From a virus: a stretch of 59,485 nucleotides of DNA. Positions 34,342 through 43,131 of this stretch are shown here, piece after piece. The translations under genes and the position numbers were made by a program. The notes beneath the pieces are model-generated. The model was given only the letters and a program-made list of their open reading frames with translations, was not told the DNA's origin and did not search any database. How positions within the stretch are numbered: position 1 is the first letter of the stretch; each line of letters starts with the position of its first letter. Where the stretch lies: IMG/VR virus record IMGVR_UViG_3300000838_000001; one strand, 5' to 3'.

Positions 34342-35202
34342 TCATATTGTTAACCTAGCTTGTAAAGTATTGTGTAAAAGCATAGCAACAGTAAGTACAC
34401 CCACACCTTTCGGAACAGGCGTTATTTTTAACTCATGATTACCATAAACTCTTTCTAAATCTGCAATAGCTTCTAGGTTAACATCTCCACAAATTTTCCC
34501 ATCAACCTTATGAATACCAACATCAATTATTGTTTGTTGATAGCTAAAATGATAGTCTGTAAATAATTTAGGGCTACCAATAGCACAAATAACTATATCA
34601 GCACCCCTTGTAATCCTATCTAATTCCTTTGTTTTACTATGACATAAAGTAACTGTTGCATTAGCCTGTGTTAACATTGTAGCCATTGGCTTTCCTACAA
34701 TATTTGATCTACCAACTACAACAACATTTTTTCCTTCAAGTTCAATATCATAAAATTCTAATAATTTCATAATACCAAATGGTGTACAAGGTTTTAATCC
34801 ATCCACTCCTAAAGCTAACTTTCCAGTATTTTCTATACCAAACCCATCTACATCTTTATTAGCTGGAATAAGTTTCATTAAAGCGGATTCATTTAAATGT
34901 TTTGGCAAAGGCAATTGAATAATAATTCCATCAACTTCGGTATCATTAGCTAATTTAGTAACTACCTCTTCTAAAACAACTTGTTCAATATATTCTGAAA
35001 ATCTTTTTTGTTCAGCTTTAATGCCAACTTCTTCGGCCTTTTTTAATTTATTATTTATATAAACCTTACTAGCTGGGTCATCGCCAACTGTTACAATGAC
35101 TAGTGCTGGTACTCTTTTCCCAATAACTTTTAGAGCATCAACACTAGACTTAACTTTATCTAAAATAGAATCAGCTACAGGTTTTCCATAAAGTAATTCC
35201 AT
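34342..35202 (-). CDS. folD: Bifunctional 5,10-methylene-tetrahydrofolate dehydrogenase/cyclohydrolase
   Basis: SKVYINNKLKKAEEVGI, DGIIIQLPLP, DVDGF, PCTP, GRSNIVGKP and PVPKGVGVLT are colinear with the FolD family. Confidence 0.9.
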   Translation of the reverse strand: MELLYGKPVADSILDKVKSSVDALKVIGKRVPALVIVTVGDDPASKVYINNKLKKAEEVGIKAEQKRFSEYIEQVVLEEVVTKLANDTEVDGIIIQLPLPKHLNESALMKLIPANKDVDGFGIENTGKLALGVDGLKPCTPFGIMKLLEFYDIELEGKNVVVVGRSNIVGKPMATMLTQANATVTLCHSKTKELDRITRGADIVICAIGSPKLFTDYHFSYQQTIIDVGIHKVDGKICGDVNLEAIADLERVYGNHELKITPVPKGVGVLTVAMLLHNTLQARLTI

Positions 35203-35221
35203 TTAATCCCCTCCCTAATAT

Positions 35222-35476
35222 TTATTCCTGACATTCTAATTTTAAAGTAACCCTATCTGTAACGAGAATATAATTAAATTCTTCTAAATGTTCTATAATT
35301 ATATTTTTATCATTGCTATAAATAATAGGAAAACCGTCAGCTAAATCAATTAAATAATATGTACCGCTAATACAAGTTAATATAATAAATCTATGCCCCT
35401 TAACAAGTTTTCTATAAAAAATATCCTTAACTTCTATTTTTTTAAAACTGCTAATTTTATCTACTTCAAATTTCAT
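35222..35476 (-). CDS. Hypothetical protein (paralog family A)
   Basis: TYYLIDLADGFPII..IIIEHLEEFNYILVTD. Confidence 0.55.
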   Translation of the reverse strand: MKFEVDKISSFKKIEVKDIFYRKLVKGHRFIILTCISGTYYLIDLADGFPIIYSNDKNIIIEHLEEFNYILVTDRVTLKLECQE

Positions 35477-35499
35477 AATAATTCCCCCAAGTATTTATT

Positions 35500-36597
35500 T
35501 TAAAAGTCTTCTAAAGTCCAACCCCAATCAAGACCTTTTATATCCATAATTTCATCTAATGCTTGTTCTACAGCTTTCTTTTTCCATGATTCACCAATAA
35601 AATTATCCCTAGATTCTAATAATTCCTCTAATTCATCTTTAGTAACAGATTCAGCACAAGATTGTTTATACTCATTGAAATTCCAGTTATCTAATTGTAA
35701 AGGCAATGGATTTTCATCATGTAAACTTTTTACAATATTTGATAACTTTTCTTTAACATCATTTCTCATATCTTCACTAATATATTTTCCAAATACTCTA
35801 AAATCTGGGTTTTTATAATACTCCTCATCCGTCATGTTCCAAGACTTTTTAGAGGCATTTAAATAAACAACTACCCAATAATCAACTTCGAATAAAATGC
35901 TATATCCAATTATTTGTTGTAAGTGTTTATCATCTATTTTTTTCATGCTATATCGACTAGTTTTAGATGAAGTTGTTTGCTTACTTTTTATTTCAAGTCC
36001 CACCCTAATTTCTTCTCCAAATTCATTAGTATAAATCATAATTCCATCAGTTGAACCAGATAATACAAACTTTTTTCCATTATGTTCTATAACTTTATGA
36101 GTTGAAGAAAATTGTTCAAAATGAGGTGCTTTATATGTTTCACCTAAAGGAGTTTCTTTTTCAACTTTTTCAAATAAAAATTTATTATCTTCAATAACTT
36201 TTTCAGCATGTAAGATATCATATTGAAAATAATCCCCAGATTTTGTCCCTAATCTTTGCCATCTAGCTTTATAAGGCTCTATTAGGTTTTTAGTTTTACT
36301 ATCCTTTAAATCATTATCAGAAATAGCTTTAGAAAGTCTCATATAATGCTCTCTAGGACATCCCCCAATCCCACTAGGTCTAAATACAGGTAATTCTTTA
36401 TCAACTTTTGGCAATTTATATTCATCAACTTGAAGATAGCACCAATATAAACTTTTAAGTAAAATAAAGTCCTCATTAAAATTATAACTATAAAAATATT
36501 CCATATATTCAAAAAATTCATTAGCAATATTATCAGCTATAGAATCTGTTAGTAAATACTGCTCATCCTCAGTAAAACCTTTAGAAATATTTATCAT
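35500..36597 (-). CDS. PD-(D/E)XK family exonuclease (Cas4/RecB-like recombination nuclease)
   Basis: GSTDGIM ... GLEIKSKQ matches the D..ExK motif. 365 aa. Confidence 0.7.
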   Translation of the reverse strand: MINISKGFTEDEQYLLTDSIADNIANEFFEYMEYFYSYNFNEDFILLKSLYWCYLQVDEYKLPKVDKELPVFRPSGIGGCPREHYMRLSKAISDNDLKDSKTKNLIEPYKARWQRLGTKSGDYFQYDILHAEKVIEDNKFLFEKVEKETPLGETYKAPHFEQFSSTHKVIEHNGKKFVLSGSTDGIMIYTNEFGEEIRVGLEIKSKQTTSSKTSRYSMKKIDDKHLQQIIGYSILFEVDYWVVVYLNASKKSWNMTDEEYYKNPDFRVFGKYISEDMRNDVKEKLSNIVKSLHDENPLPLQLDNWNFNEYKQSCAESVTKDELEELLESRDNFIGESWKKKAVEQALDEIMDIKGLDWGWTLEDF

Positions 36598-36661
36598 AAT
36601 ATCTCCCCTTTTTCAGTTATTACACAAATAAAATCATTAAAGTGTAAATGATTTTATTAAA

Positions 36662-36832
36662 TTATTTTAAAAATCCTCTATCTAAATTTGATTGAATTAT
36701 TTTTATAACTTCTCTTGTTCCCTTTTTATCAAGTACTATTCTATAAAGTTCTATATCGTATTCATTGTAATGAACTAAAACGGTACTATTATCTTCTACA
36801 CCAACCCATACACAGCCACTTTTATTATCCAT
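36662..36832 (-). CDS. Small hypothetical protein (56 aa, not in the ORF track)
   Basis: ATG 36832 overlaps the polymerase stop. SD GGAGAG lies 7 nt upstream. Followed by a 12-bp stem-loop. Confidence 0.45.
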   Translation of the reverse strand: MDNKSGCVWVGVEDNSTVLVHYNEYDIELYRIVLDKKGTREVIKIIQSNLDRGFLK

Positions 36833-37550
36833 TTGTAACTCTCCATTCTGGAAAAATATTTTTAATGTTTTTTAACTTACCCCAATTATTACTAAGCTCT
36901 ATATCAGTTTTAGAGGGAACATCTAATGGTAAAGTATTTATCATAATATCTTCTAATCTCCTCATTTCAGCAAAAGTAACATCTTTAGGAACTTTTACTA
37001 ATACTTCATCATGAATACTAGAAATTAAAGCAAATTTTCTAGTTGAATTAGAGTAAGTATTACACCATTTATCAAGTGCTATCATTACAAGTTTCGTTTG
37101 AATACTTGCTGAACCTTGAATGATAGCGTTTGCTTTACCTTGCCTTTCAGCTCTTCCATAAAGTTTCCAGTCACTAGAAGTAATATTTGGTAAACGTCTT
37201 TTACGTCCATATAACATCTCAACATAACCGTTTTCTTTACAAAATTTAAGATTGTTATCCATCCATTGCTTTACATTAGTAAAATTATTAAAGAACTCTT
37301 CTACTAATAATTCTGCTTCTTCTTTATCAATTCCTAAATCTTTAGCTAATGTAAATGTAGCTTTTCCATAAAGTAATGATAATACAATAGTTTTAGCTCT
37401 TGTTCTATAAACTGTTCCATCACCACATTCACTTACATCTTTATTGAACATTTTACTAGCAACCATTGTATAGAAATCTTGTTTATTTTTATAAACATTT
37501 ATTAGAAAAGGGTCTTTAGTAAAATGTGCTAATAGTATTAATTCTTGTGC
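36825..37550 (-). CDS. polA: Family A DNA polymerase, exon 2
   Basis: AQELILLAH completes motif A. Also RTRAKTIVLSLLYG (motif B) and SIHDEVLV (motif C). Confidence 0.85.
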   Translation of the reverse strand, partial: AQELILLAHFTKDPFLINVYKNKQDFYTMVASKMFNKDVSECGDGTVYRTRAKTIVLSLLYGKATFTLAKDLGIDKEEAELLVEEFFNNFTNVKQWMDNNLKFCKENGYVEMLYGRKRRLPNITSSDWKLYGRAERQGKANAIIQGSASIQTKLVMIALDKWCNTYSNSTRKFALISSIHDEVLVKVPKDVTFAEMRRLEDIMINTLPLDVPSKTDIELSNNWGKLKNIKNIFPEWRVTNG

Positions 37551-38329
37551 CATTTACGTTTTAAGGTTCGTTAAACCTTCTGCTATTTCTAACAGTATCG
37601 GACTATATCTTGTAAGTAAACTTACCCTCCAGTTTCGATAACACTTGTTATCTACTCTACTAGGTTATAAGCATAAGATATTTCACAACATCCTATGTTT
37701 ATCCGTTCGATAGTCTCTACACATAAGTTAGTAACTCCATTTGTAGCCTCCAGCTAATGGTCTTTTCCCTAAACAAACCTTAGATATATTTTGTGCTTGA
37801 ACTCCTGTTTCTTTAAACGCAACTTTTGGGGTGGGATATTCTGCTATAAAATTTCCTTGTTTATCGTATTGATAAACTTTTTTAGCTTTGCTTCCTAATT
37901 GACCTAAAACTTTATATTTATGAATATTATTTTTAGAAACGGTACAATATTCTAAATTAGAATAATGATTATTATCTTTATTTCCGTCTATATGATTTAT
38001 ACAAAGTTCTATTTTAGGGTCTTCTAAAAATGTTTCAGCAACAATTCTATGGACTCTATACATTTTTGAATTTAAGTCTCGTTTTAAAGGAACTCTAAGG
38101 TAACCATCATGAGTTTTAAAAGGTTTCATAAGACGATTATTTTGATTAAAAATATTTCCATATTCATCTACCTTATAATATTTAGATTCTTGACCATCAA
38201 TTTTTACAAATTTTAATATAATAATTCCCCCTAAAATATTAGAGAGTTACTAACCCTTGCTCGGTATTGCCTTATCTAATAGACTTAGGTTTCACCGACT
38301 TAAAGAGGTTTTACTTCTCCACAAATTTT
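37551..38329 (-). mobile_element. Group I self-splicing intron carrying a homing endonuclease ORF
   Basis: P1 pairs exon UUCUCU with intron GGAGAA, giving U-G at the 5' splice site. Terminal G at 37551. Conserved AAGAUAUAGUC pairs with upstream GACUAU (P7). An 11-bp helix (38244-38254 with 37727-37737) encloses the ORF. Confidence 0.85.
37728..38222 (-). CDS. HNH homing endonuclease (intron-encoded)
   Basis: INHIDGNKDNNHYSNLEY is an HNH motif. The frame is open 32 codons upstream of ATG 38129, back to GGGGGA-ATT-ATT-ATA, so the start is probably non-ATG. Confidence 0.8.
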   Translation of the reverse strand: MILKFVKIDGQESKYYKVDEYGNIFNQNNRLMKPFKTHDGYLRVPLKRDLNSKMYRVHRIVAETFLEDPKIELCINHIDGNKDNNHYSNLEYCTVSKNNIHKYKVLGQLGSKAKKVYQYDKQGNFIAEYPTPKVAFKETGVQAQNISKVCLGKRPLAGGYKWSY

Positions 38330-39733
38330 AGAGAAATCTAGTCCAGCAATTAAACTTTCATCATCTGTTTTATACATTAGTCTAGCTTTTTTACTTTGTT
38401 GCTGAAAGTTAGGCTTACTAGAACTTAACCTACCTGTTACCGTACCAGCTTGATTGTAATTAGGATGAATTTTACCATCACTTTGAATAAAATCTTCTAC
38501 CTTTTCGACAAATCCTGTTAAGAATTTAAATAAAGTTTTATATTCTAAAAGTAATTTTATAATTGGAAAATCATCCTCATAATTTTTTAATACCTCAGCA
38601 GATGTTCCAGAAACTTTAGCACCGATATTATTTAAAGCATTTTTAAGCTGAACTGGACTATTTAAATTAATTTCACCTAAAGTTCCATACAATTCATTTT
38701 CCATATCTTTTAATTTAATTTTTATTTCACTTTCTTGTTTACGTACTTCATCTAAATCTACACAAAACCCCTCACGTTCCATTCTTGCAATAACTTGTAA
38801 TAAAGGTTGTTCAACTTTTAAATAATAATTTATAAGTCCTGTTCCATTTAAATGTTTTAAATAAAATTCATATAATTTATAAGTCAAATGAGTATCTTTA
38901 CAAGCATAATGTAAAGCATATTTTAATTCTACTTCGGCAAATTTACCATTAGCTCCGAACAATTCTGAGTATAAGTCTGCTTCAAATTTTAGATATTTTG
39001 GTGCTAAATCTTTAAGTTTATAACTAGGCTCATTTTCATTTAAAATATGTGCAATAACACTTGTACAATGTACTTTACCTCTAACTTCCATAATTCCAGA
39101 AAAGTGTAAAATATGTAAATCAAATACAGCGTTATGAAAAACCTTATCACAAGGTAATTGACAAATTAATTCTAAAAACCATAGTCCAGAATGCATATCA
39201 CAATTTACATTAATTCCTTGTTCTAGTTCGTGTCTTAAAGGAACATACCAATGCTTATCAGCAATAGGTGCTGTAATTGAATATCCTACTATAACGTCTT
39301 TATAAACATTTAATCCAGTTGTTTCAGTATCAATAGCTATTACTAATTCTTTTTTAACTATTTCATACATTTCTTGTAACTGTGCTTCATTTTGTGCTAG
39401 ATAGTAGTTGACAGGAGTTGTCAATACAATTTCATTAAGCCTATCTTTACGTTTTAATTTCAGTAACCTAGAATGAATTTTTAACGCTTCTGTTTTAGAA
39501 AAGTTTTTATTGTAATCATTAACATCTCGACCTATAATACCTTTTTCCATAGCATTATAAACTTCTCTTAATTTAACTTTTTCAGCATCTGTATTTTTAC
39601 GTGTTCCTATTAGTTTCCATGATTCATCCATTGTTAATAAAGGCTTTTTAGTAGCTTTTGATTTGGTAATTTTTTTATTTTTTTCTTTAAGGTCTTTAAT
39701 TAAATCATCTTCATTTTTTATTTTATTTAACAA
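38330..39733 (-). CDS. polA: Family A DNA polymerase, exon 1 (3'-5' exonuclease plus the N-terminal part of the polymerase domain)
   Basis: Exo motifs AIDTETTGL, NAVFDLHIL and YACKDT. Ends within motif A at ..GLDFS. The track ORF reads 9 codons into the intron. Confidence 0.85.
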
Positions 39734-39768
39734 TTTTATAAATACCTCCTTTTAAATTTTACGAACTC

Positions 39769-39794
39769 TACACAAAGTTTTTTTAAATTGTGTA
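39769..39794. promoter_or_regulatory. TACAC-N16-GTGTA palindromic site upstream of polA
   Basis: Same architecture as the sites at 47948-47973 and 48061-48086. Confidence 0.5.
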
Positions 39795-39813
39795 AACTAT
39801 TTTTAAGAAAACA

Positions 39814-39842
39814 TAAAAAAAAGAAGTGAAATTAATCACCTC
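39814..39842 (-). terminator. Intrinsic terminator (minus strand)
   Basis: GAGGUGA-UUAAU-UUCACUUC hairpin followed by U8. Confidence 0.6.
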
Positions 39843-39907
39843 TTATAAGTTTTATTGTATTATTTATTTCAAGTAGAGGATTGAGAACCATTCAAATTAA
39901 CATACCT

Positions 39908-40312
39908 CTAAAACTCTAAACCAATAGTTTCATAAATATTTTCTTTAATAGTTCTTACCTCTACCTTTTTATTTACAAATCCAATGTATTTAGTATTATA
40001 ATACCAGTCTGAATAATAACTTCCAGTATAGCTATAATCAAATTTTACAAAATTATCATAACATCTATAGTCATTACAAGGAAGTTCAACTTCAATAACT
40101 CTAAAAATAGCTGTTCCATAAGAATATTTATCACCTTTATTAGGCTTTTCATCTACCTCATATTCAGCTAGTTCAAACGTTCTACCATTAATATAAAAAG
40201 GATATTCTTCAACTTCTGAATAATGGGTTTCAGTACCCTTATTATATATTTCTTTAATTTGTTTATCAAGTTCTTTTAAAATCTCTGTATCTAAATAGTT
40301 ATTAATATTCAT
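39908..40312 (-). CDS. Hypothetical protein
   Basis: ATG 40312 follows AGGAGAAGAATA and overlaps the upstream stop (TAATG). Confidence 0.6.
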   Translation of the reverse strand: MNINNYLDTEILKELDKQIKEIYNKGTETHYSEVEEYPFYINGRTFELAEYEVDEKPNKGDKYSYGTAIFRVIEVELPCNDYRCYDNFVKFDYSYTGSYYSDWYYNTKYIGFVNKKVEVRTIKENIYETIGLEF

Positions 40313-40476
40313 TATTCTTCTCCTAACCATTCTGATAAAATAGGTAATAACTCTTCTACCTCAAGTTTATTTAGTATCATTTCATCCCCTAAAAGTAAAC
40401 ACTTTAGTCTAACATTATCAGTACCATAATTATATGTAAGTTTAATCGTATTATGTTTATTTGTAAATATTTCCAT
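40312..40476 (-). CDS. Small hypothetical protein (paralog of 40479-40601)
   Basis: ATG 40476 follows TAGGGGAATAAAT. C-terminus is ELLPILSEWLGEE. Confidence 0.55.
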   Translation of the reverse strand: MEIFTNKHNTIKLTYNYGTDNVRLKCLLLGDEMILNKLEVEELLPILSEWLGEE

Positions 40477-40478
40477 AT

Positions 40479-40601
40479 TTATTCCCCTAACCATTGTATT
40501 AATATAGTTAGTAACTCTTCTGCTTCAGTTTTAGTTAGTTTTATATCATAACCTTTTGCATCTTCTATTCTAATATACTGTTCATTTATAAACGTTTCCA
40601 A
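40479..40601 (-). CDS. Small hypothetical protein (40 aa, not in the ORF track)
   Basis: TTG 40601 lies 8 nt after AGGAGGAA. C-terminus ELLTILIQWLGE parallels the next gene. Confidence 0.5.
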   Translation of the reverse strand: METFINEQYIRIEDAKGYDIKLTKTEAEELLTILIQWLGE

Positions 40602-40625
40602 TACTTATTCCTCCTAATATTTTTA

Positions 40626-40946
40626 TTAATCCTCAAAAAATGGATAAAGTTCATCTAATTCACTAGCAATTAAGTTATCAAAGTATTGTTCATCAATAAG
40701 TTTTATATAATCTTCTTCAATATTTAAAAGTTCTATATAACGTTTTTTATCAATAGTTATGGTAGTTTCTTTAGGTTTAGTTCCATCACAATCTGGACAT
40801 TCTTTGAGATAACCATCTTCAAGTATTTCTAAATTATTATTCGTAACACAATATTTACAAATAGAGTTATCACAAGTACAATATTCTTGCATAGCATCTG
40901 TAAAAGGGTTATTACAAATATTACATATAAATAAATCTATTCCCAT
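40626..40946 (-). CDS. Cys-rich zinc-ribbon protein
   Basis: CNICN...CTCDNSICKYC...CPDC. Confidence 0.6.
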   Translation of the reverse strand: MGIDLFICNICNNPFTDAMQEYCTCDNSICKYCVTNNNLEILEDGYLKECPDCDGTKPKETTITIDKKRYIELLNIEEDYIKLIDEQYFDNLIASELDELYPFFED

Positions 40947-40976
40947 TACTTATTCCCCCTAAATTTATTTAAATAA

Positions 40977-41339
40977 TTACCAACTATCCATAAACCAAAG
41001 AGTTTCTGATTCTTCAAATGCATCATAACCATTTATTAAATTTAATAAATCGAGTGATTTATTATAAGGCTGATTAATTTCTTTTGTATCAACTTCTATT
41101 CGTATATACCTTATAATAATTTCATCTAAATCACTTTCAGTTAGTTGGAAAGTTACACAGTGTTTTAAATCAGATTGTACTATCAAACCCTTTTCAATAC
41201 CATAATCAAGAATTACTTTATGTAATGTATAGCTCTTTCTCCAATAAGATAATTCAGTTGTATCAACGTAATCCAAAATTTTACCGTTCTTTGTTATAGA
41301 AAATTTTGGAACTTGTTCAAAATACATGTCTAATCCCAT
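40977..41339 (-). CDS. Hypothetical protein
   Basis: 120-aa ORF in operon context. Confidence 0.6.
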   Translation of the reverse strand: MGLDMYFEQVPKFSITKNGKILDYVDTTELSYWRKSYTLHKVILDYGIEKGLIVQSDLKHCVTFQLTESDLDEIIIRYIRIEVDTKEINQPYNKSLDLLNLINGYDAFEESETLWFMDSW

Positions 41340-41341
41340 AT

Positions 41342-41584
41342 TTATTCCTCCTCATTTAATTCTAAAGCCCAAATTTGAATATCCTTAGTACTATGTAGAG
41401 CATATCTTTCAGACTTAATGATATGCTCAACGTTTACGACAAAATATCTTTTACCATCTATAATTAATGTTTCATCAATTCTCGGTGTGCATCTTGCCCC
41501 AATTACTTCAAATATTTCTTTAAATTCATAATCATTATAGCTAGCATAAGCCTTATCTTCAATAACTTTAACAGTATATCCCAT
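41342..41584 (-). CDS. Hypothetical protein
   Basis: 80 aa. SD GGGGGATAA upstream. Confidence 0.6.
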   Translation of the reverse strand: MGYTVKVIEDKAYASYNDYEFKEIFEVIGARCTPRIDETLIIDGKRYFVVNVEHIIKSERYALHSTKDIQIWALELNEEE

Positions 41585-41595
41585 AAATTATCCCC

Positions 41596-41784
41596 CTAAA
41601 ATTCCCATAAGTTATTTCTACCACAATTATCACAACTAATCATAAACTTACTAAAATTAACACCACATTTACTTTTAAAAGTAAATCCAAAAGCTTTAGG
41701 GTAAGGAAAAGCAATTCCTAAAAATGATTTTCTATAATTTCTTATGATACTAGCCTCATGACCACATTTACAAACTATTTTCAT
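41596..41784 (-). CDS. Small zinc-ribbon protein
   Basis: CKCGH ... CDNCG. Confidence 0.55.
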   Translation of the reverse strand: MKIVCKCGHEASIIRNYRKSFLGIAFPYPKAFGFTFKSKCGVNFSKFMISCDNCGRNNLWEF

Positions 41785-41806
41785 AACTATTATCCCACCT
41801 ATTAAA

Positions 41807-41992
41807 CTAATAATTTTCTAACTTTTCTTTCATATCATCTAAGCAGTTATCACACAACTTTACTGCTATTGAATTACCAAATTTTGAATTAAAGTTTACT
41901 TCATATAAATAACTATTTGATACTTTTTCTAAACAAACGTTACATTCTTTTCTTTCAAATATGTCAACCCATATATTTTTAATTTCAATCAT
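41807..41992 (-). CDS. Small Cys-rich protein
   Basis: ATG 41992 follows TAGGTGGAAATCAC. CNVC ... CDNC. Confidence 0.55.
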   Translation of the reverse strand: MIEIKNIWVDIFERKECNVCLEKVSNSYLYEVNFNSKFGNSIAVKLCDNCLDDMKEKLENY

Positions 41993-42221
41993 GTGATTTC
42001 CACCTATCCCAAAATTCTTCAACAATTACTAATGCACAGCTATAACAATACTTTGGAGGAGAAGTATTAGACCATAAATCGATTTTAATACACCCCTCAC
42101 AAGTAAAGTTTGTTAATGCATCGCCACCAATACCACTTTGATAATATTGTAATAAAATTGCTACATCATGAATTGAATTACCTTTCTCAAAATGATTATA
42201 GAACCAGTAGCTAAAATCCAT
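41985..42221 (-). CDS. Small Cys-rich protein
   Basis: CEGC ... CYSC. 78 aa. Confidence 0.55.
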   Translation of the reverse strand: MDFSYWFYNHFEKGNSIHDVAILLQYYQSGIGGDALTNFTCEGCIKIDLWSNTSPPKYCYSCALVIVEEFWDRWKSHD

Positions 42222-42223
42222 AA

Positions 42224-43054
42224 TTATTCTCCTAGGATTGAACTAACATCTAAAATATTTGAATTTGAACCAGTAATCATCGGTAGTTCTCCATTCCATG
42301 CTCTAGCAATTTCCATATCAATAAGTTCTTGCGTTAATGATTCTTGTAATAACTCATTAGCTTCTGCTTGAGCTTGTGCTTCTAATAAAGTTGATTCAGC
42401 TCTACCTCTAGCTTCTTCAATTCTTGTATTAGCTCTTACTTCAGCTTGTTGTAATTCTACAGCCATTCTTTCTAATTCTTGTTGAGAATCAATTACTGAT
42501 TGAATACTTGCTAAAGTTGCTTCATCCATTTCTGGAGATTGTAGTGTTACACTTTGTACATTAAACCCATATTCAGCAGTAATTGCTTGCATCTCTTCAA
42601 AAATATCTTGTTGAATCCTTGGTAAATATCTAAATACATCTTGAATAGAATAACGACTAAAAATAGCAATTGCTGATCGTTGTGCTCTATCTTGTAACCA
42701 ACTACTTGTAATAGCATTAATATTTTGTCCTCTAAATCTTACAAATACGTCTGATACCATTTCAGGATTAACGCTAAAGTCATAAGACATTTGCATACCT
42801 AAAGCTTTTCCATCACGTGTCATAACATTAAACTGTTCTACGTCAACTGTTTCAGTAGATACTGGAAATACTGTTACTTCATGAAACGGGCTGATAAAAT
42901 GCATACCCTCATTTAGTGTAGTATCTTGTACACCATCATTTAAACTAAAAACTACGCCTACATTACCTTGTGGTACTCTTTCTAAACTTAATAATCCAAT
43001 AATAAAAATTCCAAATAGTACTATAATTGTGATAAACATTCCTAAATTTTTCAT
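42224..43054 (-). CDS. SPFH/band-7 (prohibitin/HflKC-like) membrane protein
   Basis: N-terminal TM helix, then PQGNVGVVFS..G..TL.EGMHFISPF core and a C-terminal coiled coil QQELERMAVELQQAEVRAN. Confidence 0.8.
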   Translation of the reverse strand: MKNLGMFITIIVLFGIFIIGLLSLERVPQGNVGVVFSLNDGVQDTTLNEGMHFISPFHEVTVFPVSTETVDVEQFNVMTRDGKALGMQMSYDFSVNPEMVSDVFVRFRGQNINAITSSWLQDRAQRSAIAIFSRYSIQDVFRYLPRIQQDIFEEMQAITAEYGFNVQSVTLQSPEMDEATLASIQSVIDSQQELERMAVELQQAEVRANTRIEEARGRAESTLLEAQAQAEANELLQESLTQELIDMEIARAWNGELPMITGSNSNILDVSSILGE

Positions 43055-43131
43055 CTAAATTCCTCCAATATTTTTTATTTTTAAAATAAAATTTCTCCTT
43101 ACAGTTGTCACAAAGACTTGATTCACCATAT

